Origin: Nymphaea colorata | Taxonomy: Eukaryota | Length of the DNA stretch: 64,000 nucleotides | NCBI RefSeq assembly: GCF_008831285.2 | Contig: NC_045138.2 | Span: 33,790,001 to 33,854,000 of the forward strand | Reading direction: 5' to 3' | Shown: positions 1 through 10,816 of the stretch, piece by piece | How positions within the stretch are numbered: position 1 is the stretch's first letter | Layout: every line of letters starts with the position of its first letter | Notes under the pieces: generated by a model | Databases searched by the model: none | What the model was told of the DNA's origin: nothing | Seen by the model: the letters and a program-made list of their open reading frames with translations, nothing else | Translations under genes and position numbers: made by a program

Positions 1-319
1 TCTAGCAGATAGCAGATTGGGTTGATGTAACTTCTATTGACATATTTAGACTTTCAATTGACAAAATCAATTTAGTGGAATATATAGAGAACTGCCATTA
101 AAGAAGTTACTGTATTCAAATAGTTACTGTGACACTGAAATTATAAGGTCAGTCGCATTTTCAAACAAATATTCATATACCTTGAAGAAAACAAATTAAT
201 TTGGACTTCCTTTCTCACAAAGCCCCACTCCTCTAAAAGTTATTTGTAGATATTCAAAAGGTGGCATCGCTTGCTTCACTTGCAGTCGATAGAAGGGATA
301 CACATGTAAGAAGCCACTT

Positions 320-2534
320 TTTTTTGCTCATTTAAGTTAACCTCATATCAGTCCATTTCCGGCATCAAATACATGTTAGCACATTTCACATAGTTAGCAG
401 CTCCGTATCAAGACCATAATCACTATCATCAACATCAATATCATCGTCATGACCATGAATAATATCTAGGAACTTGATGGGCCGGCAGAACATATGCAAT
501 GCCTACATCTGAAATTGGGCTGCAGGGTCTCCCCGAATCTGGATAATAGATGCACTTAGTGCCCGTTTGTTTGCAACTGTTTCATGAATCCGCCCAAAAG
601 CTATTCCAAAATTTCATGAATCCACCCAAAGGTTGATTCAAGTTTCATCAATCTGCTTCAATCTTTGGCTCACATTCATGTAACAATTACATGGTGTTCT
701 GTTTACACATGAACCTAGAAAGGCATGTGCCTCTCAATTGGACAAAAGGCAACAAGAGTCTTGTTCCAACACATGCAAGCAAAAGAGAAAAAGGCAGTTC
801 AAGTATTAGATCCAATCTCTCTTGGACATGAAATTAAACGACGGATCCTTTGAGACGTATAAACTGGGAACCATATACGAACACCAGCACATATAAAGGA
901 AAAATATACCAAACTTCAATAACACGAATGTTATACATCCTTCTTCTAACAGAGGAAAAACAAGAGGAAGGATTTACTTACATATGGAAGATTTGTTAAA
1001 GGATGGTGCGGAAGAATGAAGAGGGAAGGATGGGAATTAAAGGAAGAGATGATTATGGGGTTATATATATAGTGATGAAGCGTTGACATTAACATCTGTC
1101 GGGGTCTCCAACAAGAAGGATTTCCACGAGAGAGAAAGAGAGATTGGCATGTTTAATATTAGTGATGATGAAAGTAAACCAAATTTTATTAATTAGCGAG
1201 ACAATGGTTTCATTTATATTTCAAATAAAGAAAGAAATCAAAGTTCCTGAAAATGCTACGTGTTTGAATTTTTCAAAACAAATTGTGCTCTAGACTCTTG
1301 GTAGCCCTACCTCATTTTCCCATACAAGGAACTTCCAGCTGCTACCTTGAGTTGCAAGAAAGTTTAATCTATTCTTCATTAGCGTCAGCCATGTCGTGGC
1401 TTCTGTTTCTTCTTTTCTTCCTTCTGGTCTTCAATTCCCTTCCTAGAAAGAGATCGTATAATAATATTATCAAGTTTTTTAAGTTAGTGTCAAGAGGCAT
1501 AGCATAATTGGATGGCAAGGCAGCTCACACCCAAGGGATCTGAGGTCTGAATCCTGTGGTTGCTGTCACGCTCTAACATATTTCTCATGTAAGCTGTAAA
1601 CAGTGGCATTGAATATTTACTGTAAATCCACCAAAACTCTGAAAGAAACCATAATCTAGGAAGCATAAGGATATAATCTTGAGAGTTTGGGGTGGTTTCC
1701 CTTACAAGAAGTTTCTTGAAGAAATTTCTATGCCTACTCCTACAACTCAAAAATTTGGATCGGTTGTATGAGAGTGTTTCATGAATCTATTATAATTAAT
1801 TGGAGCATATTCATCAAACACTAAAACTAGGTGTCCATAAATTTACCCCAAATTTAAAGGCAAATTCGAAGAACACTTGCAAAGTGTTCCATTTGCCAAA
1901 TGACCCATATAAGTATGAATAATAGTGTTTGGCATGAACTAATTTAAAGATAGTGTTTCTTGAAACATGTTTTGATAATGTCCAGTTGCCAGCACCCTCC
2001 ATAGCTCCGTGAACAAGTCCACACATATATAGTATATACCGGACCCACCTCATCTGCTAGCATAAGGTCCACCTTTGAAGAACCTGAGTGCAAGTTAATG
2101 GGTCTGACTAAGCTTGGAGAAGAATTTAGTTGGTAGCCTGGATATGACAACTTAACTACTTTCTGAGCGTTGATTTGGTTAGATTTAATTAGAAATAATT
2201 AACACTTAAACCATAACCTAGAAAGTAAAGAGAAGAGCAGGTCCAAGTTGAACTTTGTAGGTGCACATAATCCCATCATTGTTTTAATTAAATGTTCGTT
2301 ATTGACCAGATAAAGAAGAAAACGATATACAAAATTGTCAAGACACACTGTACAGCGCTCTGTACGGGCAGAAGGTGAATTTCTGCAACAAGTCTTGTCT
2401 TTCTGTATGCATTCAAGATAATTACCATGTTTTACATTATTTTGTTTAAATATAAAATTATAAACTTTTAAGTCTTAATAATTGAAATATCATGAGCTGA
2501 TGATTTTTAATATGATCAGCTATAAAGTTTACTT
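320..2534. repeat. Direct repeat copy A (~2.2 kb) of a segmental duplication flanking the NLR gene
   Basis: Alignable by eye with 6870-9305, e.g. acggatcctttgagacg at 841 and 7351, and ggtccacctttgaagaacctgag at ~2066 and ~8825. Both copies end at ctataaagtttactt (~2534 and ~9305). The middle part (~1555-1900 vs ~8370-8650) is not alignable. Confidence 0.93.
386..493 (-). CDS. Candidate small Asp-rich peptide ORF (35 aa, MFCRPIKFLDIIHGHDDDIDVDDSDYGLDTELLTM) in exon 2 of a putative spliced small gene
   Basis: Minus strand: TATATATATAA at ~1061-1071, a CT-rich leader, donor AT/GTAAGT at 981, acceptor CTGCAG at ~520, then ATG 493 to TGA 386. The reading frame is uncertain because copy B has CTG at this ATG. 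Confidence 0.3.
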   Translation of the reverse strand: MFCRPIKFLDIIHGHDDDIDVDDSDYGLDTELLTM

Positions 2535-3712
2535 GATACCAGTGTTCGCGAGTCGGATACGAAGAAAGTTGGGACTCGGAACATGGTTACCAGGACACCG
2601 ACTCTGTTTTAAAGTTTGCTTCCTGTTTCCAAGCCGATTCTCGCTTCCCATCTTCTTTGGAATGTGAGGTGCCACCATGTGTAGTTGGCAGAGGGCAAAA
2701 AGAGATTGTCATGAAAAAACTCTAGATTGTCTCAACTTAGATACCAGACCTTGAATTCTGCCGTATACTTAATGTAATATTTTTCAAAATATTCGCTCAT
2801 TTAGTTTCACTTCATGTGCCATTTGTTTCATTTTTTCATTTATTGGCAAGTAAAGACAGAACCTTCAGTTCCTGCAACCCCTGTTCGTGGAGTTGAGAAA
2901 AGAACTAGTCAGGCATCTTTTGTTGCGATTCATCTTGACTTTGGCTTGCAAACAGCTTGCCCAAAAACCCATGGAAGAGAATTCTTATGCTAAGTATGAA
3001 CGATAACTATTCAGCTCAGCGCAGGAAAACTCCATAAAAATGATCCTTGGGTTATTGATACAATTAAACATAATGCTTCTTTGAATTTTGAAAACTGACG
3101 TGATGCCCAATGACTGCTTTGGTGGCTCTCGTGAGCAAGAAACTGAACGACTGCTTATCTCGTCATGGTTCAGACTTCAGATTTTCATATGCTCTCTTCC
3201 TTACAAGCACCCTGATCTTCATGACGCCATAATTTGCGAAGACCATGCGACTTCCTGTCCTCTTTGTAAACGTTCTTTCTCGTTCATATTGGTCAATGAT
3301 TCCTAAAAAAAGACAGGCGCGAATCGTGATCCTCGTCATGAACTTCGTAACTCGGGGAAAAAGAAAAAGGCAGTCATCATTATAACACTATCTCTAATTA
3401 GGCCAGTTTGACCAGTTAAGGGCTTCCTTTTTTATTGTTCTCTTGTTTTAGCTGAACTAGATACCAGCTTTTAGATAGATTATGATTTTTAAAACAAATT
3501 GATGGTTATATTTCAGTTGAACATAAGATGGCTTACAAAGCAATCAACGGTAAGACCTTCCATAAATACTGGTTCTAATATGTTACAGAAGTGAAAAGAA
3601 ACATACAAATGTACTAATTGACATCACATGCAGCAGCATACGGAATTCAATTCTTTCCCAGTTGAAAGCCAGGCAAATGTTTTCTTCACTCAAATTTAGA
3701 CAAGCCAAGCCA

Positions 3713-5653
3713 TTACGTTGTCTGGAAAAATTTTTCATAGTTTCCTGCCATGCGTACTGCACCAGACAGGAGTTTAATTGCCATATCCTCCTCTTCAAAT
3801 TCAGTCTTCCATTTGTTGGATTCAGCATGATACGACATGCGCGTGGACGTCTCCAAGATGTAGCAGTCGATGGTAAGGTCATCTTCCCACGTCTGTAGAG
3901 CTATGCTTCGGTACAGAAACTCGAAATCTTTGACACTTCTTACTGCAAGTGATATGTCGGATAAGCGCGTTAAGCTTAAAAGCTCATGCAGAGTAGCTTC
4001 TTGACTTCGACTTTCAGTTTGCCAAGCAAAGGAGCTAGCCCGCATTTGGAAGAGTTCCATATACTGCAGTTTGGATATAATTCCACTAGGAATTCTCCTG
4101 AGACGAACCGTGCAAAGGAGAAGCAGGTGTCTTAGTTGAGTCAGTTCACCAATCTCCTCTGGTAACTCCTCAAGTGGGGTGCCAGAGAGGTCTAGCACAA
4201 GTAGCTGCCTGAGTGCCCTTATATGCGCTATATTCTTCAAGCATCTGTTAAGCCCCAAGTCAAGTGACCTAAGCTTCACAAGCTTGCACACTGATTCCGG
4301 CAGACAATCCAGTTTAGTCAATGACAAATCTAGAAACCGAAGTTCCGGCATCTGGCCGAAGAATTCAGGCGAGATGCTGCTCAGTGAAAAGTTGCCCTCA
4401 AGAGTGAAGGCAGTGAGGTTGGGGCAGTTTGGATTTTGGTTAAGGCTGGTTATTTGGTTTCCTGCCAGTGATATCCTCTCGGCTTTTTCCCATGCTTCCT
4501 TTTCAGGGGCCTCAAGTAGCGTCTGCCCATTCTTAATTATACACTTGCAAGATTTCACAAGTATAGCCAATTTTTTCATCATACGGTTGATCGTAACTCT
4601 TCTTTGATCATCAGGCTCGTCTAGCAGTCCTGCATCCGATAGTTTCTTCACTAGAGGAGCACATTTTGAGAAGACCTCTGAAAGTGCCATCTCCTCGGTA
4701 AAATCTATATAGCCTTCTATTATCCAAGCGAAGATCAGATTGCCCACGCCGATCTCATTGTCTTTGGCATAGAATGACCCAGCAGAGAAGCAGTCCTTCA
4801 AAACTTCACTTTCCAAACGATCGTAGCTTAGTTTCAATCTAGTGAACACCTTCTTCCATGTTTCCTTCACAGGCCTACAGTGCATCAGATCGCTTAACAT
4901 CTTAAGCCAAGCATCCGCATCAGTTTTACCTGCCATGGCTTCTCCTACGGCCTTAATTGCAAGTGGCAAGCCGCCACACTCTTCAACAACTTGTTTGGCT
5001 ATTGGTTCAACTGCTGGCTGCTGCACCACGTCGCCAACTTCTTTGCAGAAGAGCTGCCATGCAACTTCCTTGCCCAAAGGAGACACCTTAATGTCTACCC
5101 GCGTATCCATAAGATCGCAAACTTTATGGTTCCGCGTAACTACCAAGAGTTTGCAGCCATTTTCTTGAGTGGGTAGAGGAACTCCAAGATCTTCAAGACT
5201 AATCATCTCCCACAAATCATCTAGGACAAACAAGAATTTCCTTTTCTTTAACTTGTCATATAACAATGCCGCTGCTTTCTCCTCGTCCTCTTCTTCCTCA
5301 AGTCCGCTGAGGCCCAATTCCGTCCCTATGTCATTCCTCAGAGTTCTCAAACTCCCTCTATACGAGACATTGACATAGAAAATGTAGTCAAACAGTTTAA
5401 CCTTTACTTCTTGAAGTAGCTCAGCCACAGACTTAACATAGTAGGTCTTTCCAACTCCAGCCATACCCCAAACTCCAATCCTCACTACCTCTGGACTCAA
5501 TAAGCACAATAAAATTGCTTCCCTGATGCCACCTTCGTTCTGCTCCGTTTCTCGATTATCACTTTCAGCAGGGCCTACGTCCTCGGGGTCCTTTGGTGGT
5601 TGCCGACGGAACATCGTAGCAACCCTTTTCAGGATTGATCTGGAACGAGGCAT
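3713..5653 (-). CDS. NB-ARC-LRR disease resistance protein (RPS2/RPS5/At4g27190-like NB-ARC), lacking a CC domain, with a short LRR
   Basis: Motifs: P-loop GMAGVGKT, kinase-2 FLFVLDDLW, RNBS-B CKLLVVTR, GLPLAI, LKLSYDRL, then LxxLDLS LRRs. The CDS is intronless. The likely start is MPRSRS at 5653, just after an acceptor (CCAG, 5662). The ORF-track extension to 5836 is probably 5'-UTR intron (donor GTATGG at 6293). Confidence 0.93.
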   Translation of the reverse strand: MPRSRSILKRVATMFRRQPPKDPEDVGPAESDNRETEQNEGGIREAILLCLLSPEVVRIGVWGMAGVGKTYYVKSVAELLQEVKVKLFDYIFYVNVSYRGSLRTLRNDIGTELGLSGLEEEEDEEKAAALLYDKLKKRKFLFVLDDLWEMISLEDLGVPLPTQENGCKLLVVTRNHKVCDLMDTRVDIKVSPLGKEVAWQLFCKEVGDVVQQPAVEPIAKQVVEECGGLPLAIKAVGEAMAGKTDADAWLKMLSDLMHCRPVKETWKKVFTRLKLSYDRLESEVLKDCFSAGSFYAKDNEIGVGNLIFAWIIEGYIDFTEEMALSEVFSKCAPLVKKLSDAGLLDEPDDQRRVTINRMMKKLAILVKSCKCIIKNGQTLLEAPEKEAWEKAERISLAGNQITSLNQNPNCPNLTAFTLEGNFSLSSISPEFFGQMPELRFLDLSLTKLDCLPESVCKLVKLRSLDLGLNRCLKNIAHIRALRQLLVLDLSGTPLEELPEEIGELTQLRHLLLLCTVRLRRIPSGIISKLQYMELFQMRASSFAWQTESRSQEATLHELLSLTRLSDISLAVRSVKDFEFLYRSIALQTWEDDLTIDCYILETSTRMSYHAESNKWKTEFEEEDMAIKLLSGAVRMAGNYEKFFQTT

Positions 5654-5845
5654 CTCGAGCACTGGAGCAAAATTTGCACATGAATCAGCAAAACAATGGG
5701 TTGATTCAGAAAAATGGAGGGACAGCGAGGATGACAAGTTAATGTTCGTGGATAGTGAAAAACAGAAAAACGGCAAGTCCATGAAATCTACTAAACGTGT
5801 TTGCATCTTCGATTCTGAAAATTTACAAATATTCAAAGGAAGAAG

Positions 5846-6226
5846 CTAGTTGAAACAAATATCAGGAAAAAAGCAAACCCCATTGAATCTACTAACTGCA
5901 TTTGAATCCTTGATGCGGAAGTTCACAAATTTAGTTATGGCAAAAAGCAAGTTTTGTTCTGTTATCTCTCCCTCCCTCTCTCTCTCTCTCTTGAAACTTC
6001 TAAAATTTATGTCATGTTAGTCCACCTATGAATCCAACTAGTTGAAACAGATATCAGGAAAAAAGTGAACCCCATTGAATCTACTAACTGCATTTGAATC
6101 CTTGATGCGGAAGTTCACAAATTTAGTTATGGAAAAAAAGCAAGTTTTGTTCTATTATCTCTCCCTCCCTCTCTCTCTTAAAACTTCTAAAATTTATGCC
6201 ATGTTAGTCCACCTATGAATCCAACT
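5846..6226. repeat. Two-copy ~190 bp tandem duplication in the putative NLR leader intron
   Basis: ctagttgaaaca(a/g)atatcaggaaaaaag...ccacctatgaatccaact occurs at 5846-6038 and again at 6037-6226. Each copy contains a CT microsatellite of different length. Confidence 0.95.
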
Positions 6227-6770
6227 TTTGACTATTGAATCAGGAAGACAACCCCCACATTTCTAAATGTTTAACTGAAGCCGGAGCCCATACAGCGTGT
6301 TGCCAACTGCCTGGGCCCCAGATCATTCTGCAACATATAAAAGCTTATAATTTTGTATTATTTTTCTTTAAGCTAAAAAATTACGAGCATATATGTTTCC
6401 AAAGTAAAAAAAAAAAAAAATTGTTTCATTTTTCGATGTTTTAATAGTGACAACCATTACGTTTTGTGAATGACACGGTAAATCGGTCTTTATTAATCGA
6501 TATGAGTCGGGAACTCGTCTATAGTTTTCAGCAAAATATATTTGTCAAAAAATTGAGAATGATAAGCTTCTTTGGAGGTTCTAGGCAAAATGTAGTCTCT
6601 TAATAATGATAGACCAAAGCAGTATGGCTCTTCCTATGAAATTGTTGGCATTCAATATCTCTCTCTCTCTCTCGCTCTCTTCCTCTCTCAATCTATATTG
6701 TAATAAAGCAAAGTTATAGTAAGATAGCTAAAATATGTGTGTGCAAAGAATGTACAGATTTCCCCGTCTG

Positions 6771-7580
6771 TTATCCAACTGACCATTTGGGATTTACAAA
6801 GGGGTGATCTTCAATTGTATTGTTCAAAGGCAGGGCCACATTTGGGTAAGGAGGGAACACATTACTGTTGTTTTGCTTATTTAAGTTGATCTCAAATCGG
6901 CCTATTTTCGGCATGAAATACATGTTATCACATTTCACATAGTTAGCAGCTCCAGTCATAATCACTATCATCAATATCAATGTCGTCATGAACATGAATA
7001 ATATCTAGGAACTTGATGGGCTGGCAGAACAGATGCAATGCCTATATCTGAAAATGGGCTGCAGGAATGTATTTAGGTTCCGTTTGGTAAAACAAAAATC
7101 TGCTCAAAAGCTGCTCCAAAATTTCATGAATACATTCAAAAGCTGATTCAAAGTTTGTGAATCTGCTTCAATCTTTGGCTCATGTTCATGTAACAATTAC
7201 ATGGCGTTCTGTTTACACATGAACCTAGAAAGGCATGTGCCTCTCAATTGTACAAAAGGCAACAAGAGTCTTGTTGCAACACATGCAAGCAAAAGAGAAA
7301 AAGGCAGTTCAAGTATTAGATCCAATCTCTCTTGGACATGAAATTAAACGACGGATCCTTTGAGACGTACAAACTGGGAACCATATACGAACACCAGCAC
7401 ATATAAAGGAAAAATATACCAAACTTCAATAACACGAATGTTATACATCCTTCTTCTAACAAAGGAAAAACAAGAGGAAGGATTTACTTACATATGGGAG
7501 ATTTGTTAAAGGATGGTGCGGAAGAATGAAGAGGGAAGGATGGGAATTAAAGGAAGAGATGATTCTAGGTTGTATATATA
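6771..7580 (-). other. Second copy of the putative spliced small gene (TATA ~7572-7580, donor ~7491, acceptor ~7059)
   Basis: Same TATA, donor and acceptor as copy A. The Asp-rich frame reads (L)FCQPIKFLDIIHVHDDIDIDDSDYDWSC* with no ATG. An alternative frame (6771-6995) gives 74 aa with a hydrophobic N-terminus, MFMTTLILMIVIMTGAA. Confidence 0.35.
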
Positions 7581-9305
7581 GTGATGAAGCGTTGACATTA
7601 ACATCTGTAGGGTCCCTAACAAGAAGGATTTCCATGAGAGATGATTCTAGATTGGCATGTTTAATATTAATGATGATGAAAGTAGACCAATATTATTAAT
7701 GAGCAATACAATGGTTTCATTTGTATTTCAAATAAAAAGAAAACGGCGAGTACCGGAAAGCTACGTGTTTGAATTTTTCAAAACAAATTGTGCTCTAGAC
7801 TCTCGGTCGCCCTATCTTGAGTTGCAAGGAAAGTTTAATTTATTCTTCTTTGGTGCAACTTGAAATTAGCGTCAGCCATGTTCGTGGCTTCTGTTTCTTC
7901 TTTTCTTCCTTCCAGTCTTCAATTCTCTTTCTGGTGAATCGAATTTCAGAAAACTACTTTTTTTTTTTTTTTTTTGATAACTAGAAATGGCATCTTGAGT
8001 GGAGAATAATTATTGATTTTTTTTAGTATTGGGACAATATATATTGGTTCGTGTACTAATTAATTGGCAACTTAAAGAGAAAAGAGAAGAGGAAAAGGAA
8101 GAAGACGTCACATCTTTCGATTGATCCCGTCAACCCAAGATCAAATGATGACACGTTCTTATCCTGCAGGGAAAAACGTCTTAAGATTTTCTGTTGCCAC
8201 CTGCAAAGATATTTTGTGAAGAAAAAGTTGCTCTACCGCTGTTTCACATGATACGTTGCTAAAAAAAGCTCGTATAATAAATATTATCAAGTATTTTAGG
8301 TTAGCCTGAAGGGGCATAGCATAATCAAGCGGCAAGCTGACTTACATTCAAAGGATTTGAGGTCTGAATATCGTGTTTCTTGTTATTGTATCTTGTTATT
8401 ATACATAACAGTATAACTCTTTTAAGTTCCAAACAGTGATAAGCACAACACCGGAGTTCAAGGATATGCTATAAATTCCATTGAAACTCAAATCAAAGTA
8501 AAATCTTGGAGACATGACGTTGTGGGTTTTGCATATAAGATGGTTTCTCCCAACTAAACATTTAAAAGAGGTTTCTTGATAAAATTTAGGCAACTTAAAA
8601 ATTTCGATCCAAAGGTAAATGTTTCCTTAGTATATGACATATGTTGCTGCAGACATAAAGTAGGAATAATAGTGATGATCAGCATGAATTAATTTAAAGA
8701 TAGTCTTTCTATGACTTGTTTTTATACTGTCCAGTTGCCAGCATCCTCCGTGGCTCGGCGAACAAGTCCAGGCATATATTAGCATATACCTGACCCACCT
8801 CTTGACCTTGATCTGCTAGCATAAGGTCCACCTTTGAAGAACCTGAGTGCAAGTTAATGGGTCTGACTAAGCTTGGAGAGGAATTTAGTTGGTAGCCTGG
8901 ATACGACAACTTAACTACTTTCTCAGCATTGATTTGGTCAGATTTAATTAGAAATAATTAACATTTAAACCATAACCTAGAAAGTAAAGAGAAGAGCAGG
9001 TCCAAGTTGAACTTTGTAGGCGCGCATAATCTCATCATTGTTTTAATTAAATGTTCGTTATTGACCAGTTAAAGAAGAAAACGATAGACAAAATTGTCAA
9101 GACACACTGTACAGTGCTCTGTACGTTTAGAAGGTGGATTTCTGCAACAAGTCTTGTCTTTCTGTATGCATTCAATATAATTTAATTGATGGGTACCATG
9201 TTTTACATTATTTTGTTTAAATATAAAAGTATAAACTTTTAAGTCTTAATAATTGAAATATCATGAGCTGATGATTTTTAATATGATCAGCTATAAAGTT
9301 TACTT
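6870..9305. repeat. Direct repeat copy B (~2.4 kb), with an extra ~335 bp at ~7932-8265
   Basis: Paralogous to 320-2534. Copy A runs from ttcaattc (1430) almost directly to cgtataataa (1456), whereas copy B has an intervening segment containing a poly-T. Confidence 0.93.
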
Positions 9306-9540
9306 TTTTTTTGTTAAAAATATATGTATAAATCTTATCTTTGACATTAAGTGAACAGAAAGAGAGTTTTTTATTGTAGGGTATACGTAAATCAAACGTA
9401 CCCGCTTTTTTTTTTTATCATTTTGTTCTTTCTTTAGATTGTACGCTCCAACTAAAATTCATGAGCCGTGAAAAAAAAAGGGGGTGGATTTTCTAATTTT
9501 CTTTGCAGCAACTATGATGGGGTCCACGGTGCACAGCGTT

Positions 9541-9558
9541 AAACCCCTAAAACCCTAG
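9541..9558 (+). promoter_or_regulatory. Telo-box upstream of the PPR gene
   Basis: AAACCCCTAAAACCCTAG lies ~60-75 nt before the ATG. Telo-boxes are typical of translation and ribosome-related plant genes. Confidence 0.55.
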
Positions 9559-9616
9559 TGCCCTCCCAACCTCTCCCTCTCTTGTTAACCTGCGGAGGAA
9601 AGAAGGAACACCACCA

Positions 9617-10816
9617 ATGGCGTCGTCGGACTTCCTTCGCGTTCTTTTGCGAACCCGTTTGCGTCTTCTCAATCGCTGCTTCTCCACCGCCACGATCACC
9701 GATGCCGCCACCAAAGACGGTACTACCACCACTAACGCCCGCGTGAAAATCGCCGTGAACCAGATATTCAGAGAGAGGAATTACGATCGTTTGGTGGAGA
9801 AGTTCAAGGAGTGTTCCAAGGAGTACCGGTTCCGCTGCAAGCACAATGTCTACGAGCGCACCGTCCGCCGCCTCGCTGCTGCCAAGCGTTTCTCCAACAT
9901 TGAGGACATCCTTGAGGAGCAGAAGAAGTACGCTGAGGTCGCCTCCGAGGGGTTCTTCATCCGCCTCATCACCCTTTACGGTCGAGCCGGCATGCTCCAG
10001 CACGCCATGCGCACCTTTGACGAGCTGCCCACGCTGGGCTGCGAACGCACCGTCAAGTCCATGAACGCCGTCCTCACGGCCTGTGCCGACACCAAGAATT
10101 TCGCGACGGTCAAGACGCTGTTCCACGAGTTGCCGGAAAAATTGGGGGTTACACCAGACATTTATTCGTACAATATCCTTGCCCTGGCGTTCTGCGAGAT
10201 GGGTAGCCTCGACCTCGCGTTTTCGCTGCTCGAAGAGATGAAGAAAAACGGGGTTAGCCCCAATACAGTGACTTTTAATACTCTTCTGAATGGGTTCTAC
10301 CGCAGCAATCAGAGGTCGGAAGCGGAAAAGGTGTGGACGGAGATGGAGAACTGCGGAGTGATGCCGGATACGAAGACTTTCAATGCAAAGATGCGGGGAC
10401 TGATCGTGGAGGGTAAGGCGAAGGAGGCCGTTAAGGTGATTGATGAACTGGAGTCTAAAGGGTTGAAGCCGGACACCGTCAGTTTCAATATATTGATTAA
10501 GGCGCTCTGCGAGGAAGATGACGCGGAAGAAGTGAAGAAGATGGTCTGTGAAATGAAGACGCGTGAATTGTTACTTAATCGAATGATATACGAAACTGTC
10601 ATCCCTGCTCTCTGCAAAGGAGAGTTTATTGACATGGCTTATGAATTATGCGAGGAGGCATTGAACAGGAATTGCTTCATCAAACCGGAGGTTTTGCAGG
10701 AGGTTATTAACCGGTTGGTCGCGATATCGGAAGATGAGAAAGCCAAGCAACTTGTGGATATGGGCTCGGGAAAGAGTTACTACGATTCGAAGTTTACGAT
10801 ATCTCTTGATTCATGA
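9617..10816 (+). CDS. Mitochondrial P-class pentatricopeptide repeat protein, At3g13160/At1g55890 (mitoribosomal rPPR3-type) homologue
   Basis: Intronless 399 aa with an Arg/Leu-rich presequence. The motifs VYERTVRRLAAAKRF..IEDILEEQKKY and EGFFIRLITLYGRAGM are recalled from At3g13160/At1g55890. PPR repeats include PDIYSYNIL, PNTVTFNTLL, PDTKTFN and PDTVSFNIL. Confidence 0.93.
   Translation: MASSDFLRVLLRTRLRLLNRCFSTATITDAATKDGTTTTNARVKIAVNQIFRERNYDRLVEKFKECSKEYRFRCKHNVYERTVRRLAAAKRFSNIEDILEEQKKYAEVASEGFFIRLITLYGRAGMLQHAMRTFDELPTLGCERTVKSMNAVLTACADTKNFATVKTLFHELPEKLGVTPDIYSYNILALAFCEMGSLDLAFSLLEEMKKNGVSPNTVTFNTLLNGFYRSNQRSEAEKVWTEMENCGVMPDTKTFNAKMRGLIVEGKAKEAVKVIDELESKGLKPDTVSFNILIKALCEEDDAEEVKKMVCEMKTRELLLNRMIYETVIPALCKGEFIDMAYELCEEALNRNCFIKPEVLQEVINRLVAISEDEKAKQLVDMGSGKSYYDSKFTISLDS

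Noticed and set aside
575..660. ~31 bp short repeats (ttcatgaatc..ccaaa) resembling an array
   Set aside because: Degenerate intronic tandem repeat in eukaryotic DNA with no unique spacers; not CRISPR.
1944..2150. ORF MSYPGYQLNSSPSLVRP.. appearing twice (also 8709-8909)
   Set aside because: Non-ATG start. The similarity simply reflects the segmental duplication, and an indel shifts the frame between copies.
5654..5836. N-terminal extension of the NLR in the ORF track
   Set aside because: Non-ATG start and F/S-rich intron-like composition ending at a good acceptor just before the ATG at 5653. An in-frame ATG (MDLPFF) exists but probably lies in the intron.
9539..10126. 195-aa antisense ORF over the PPR gene, and similar antisense ORFs over the NLR, NPH3, DUF4228 and eIF4B-like genes
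   Set aside because: Shadow ORFs of real coding sequence with no recognisable motifs.
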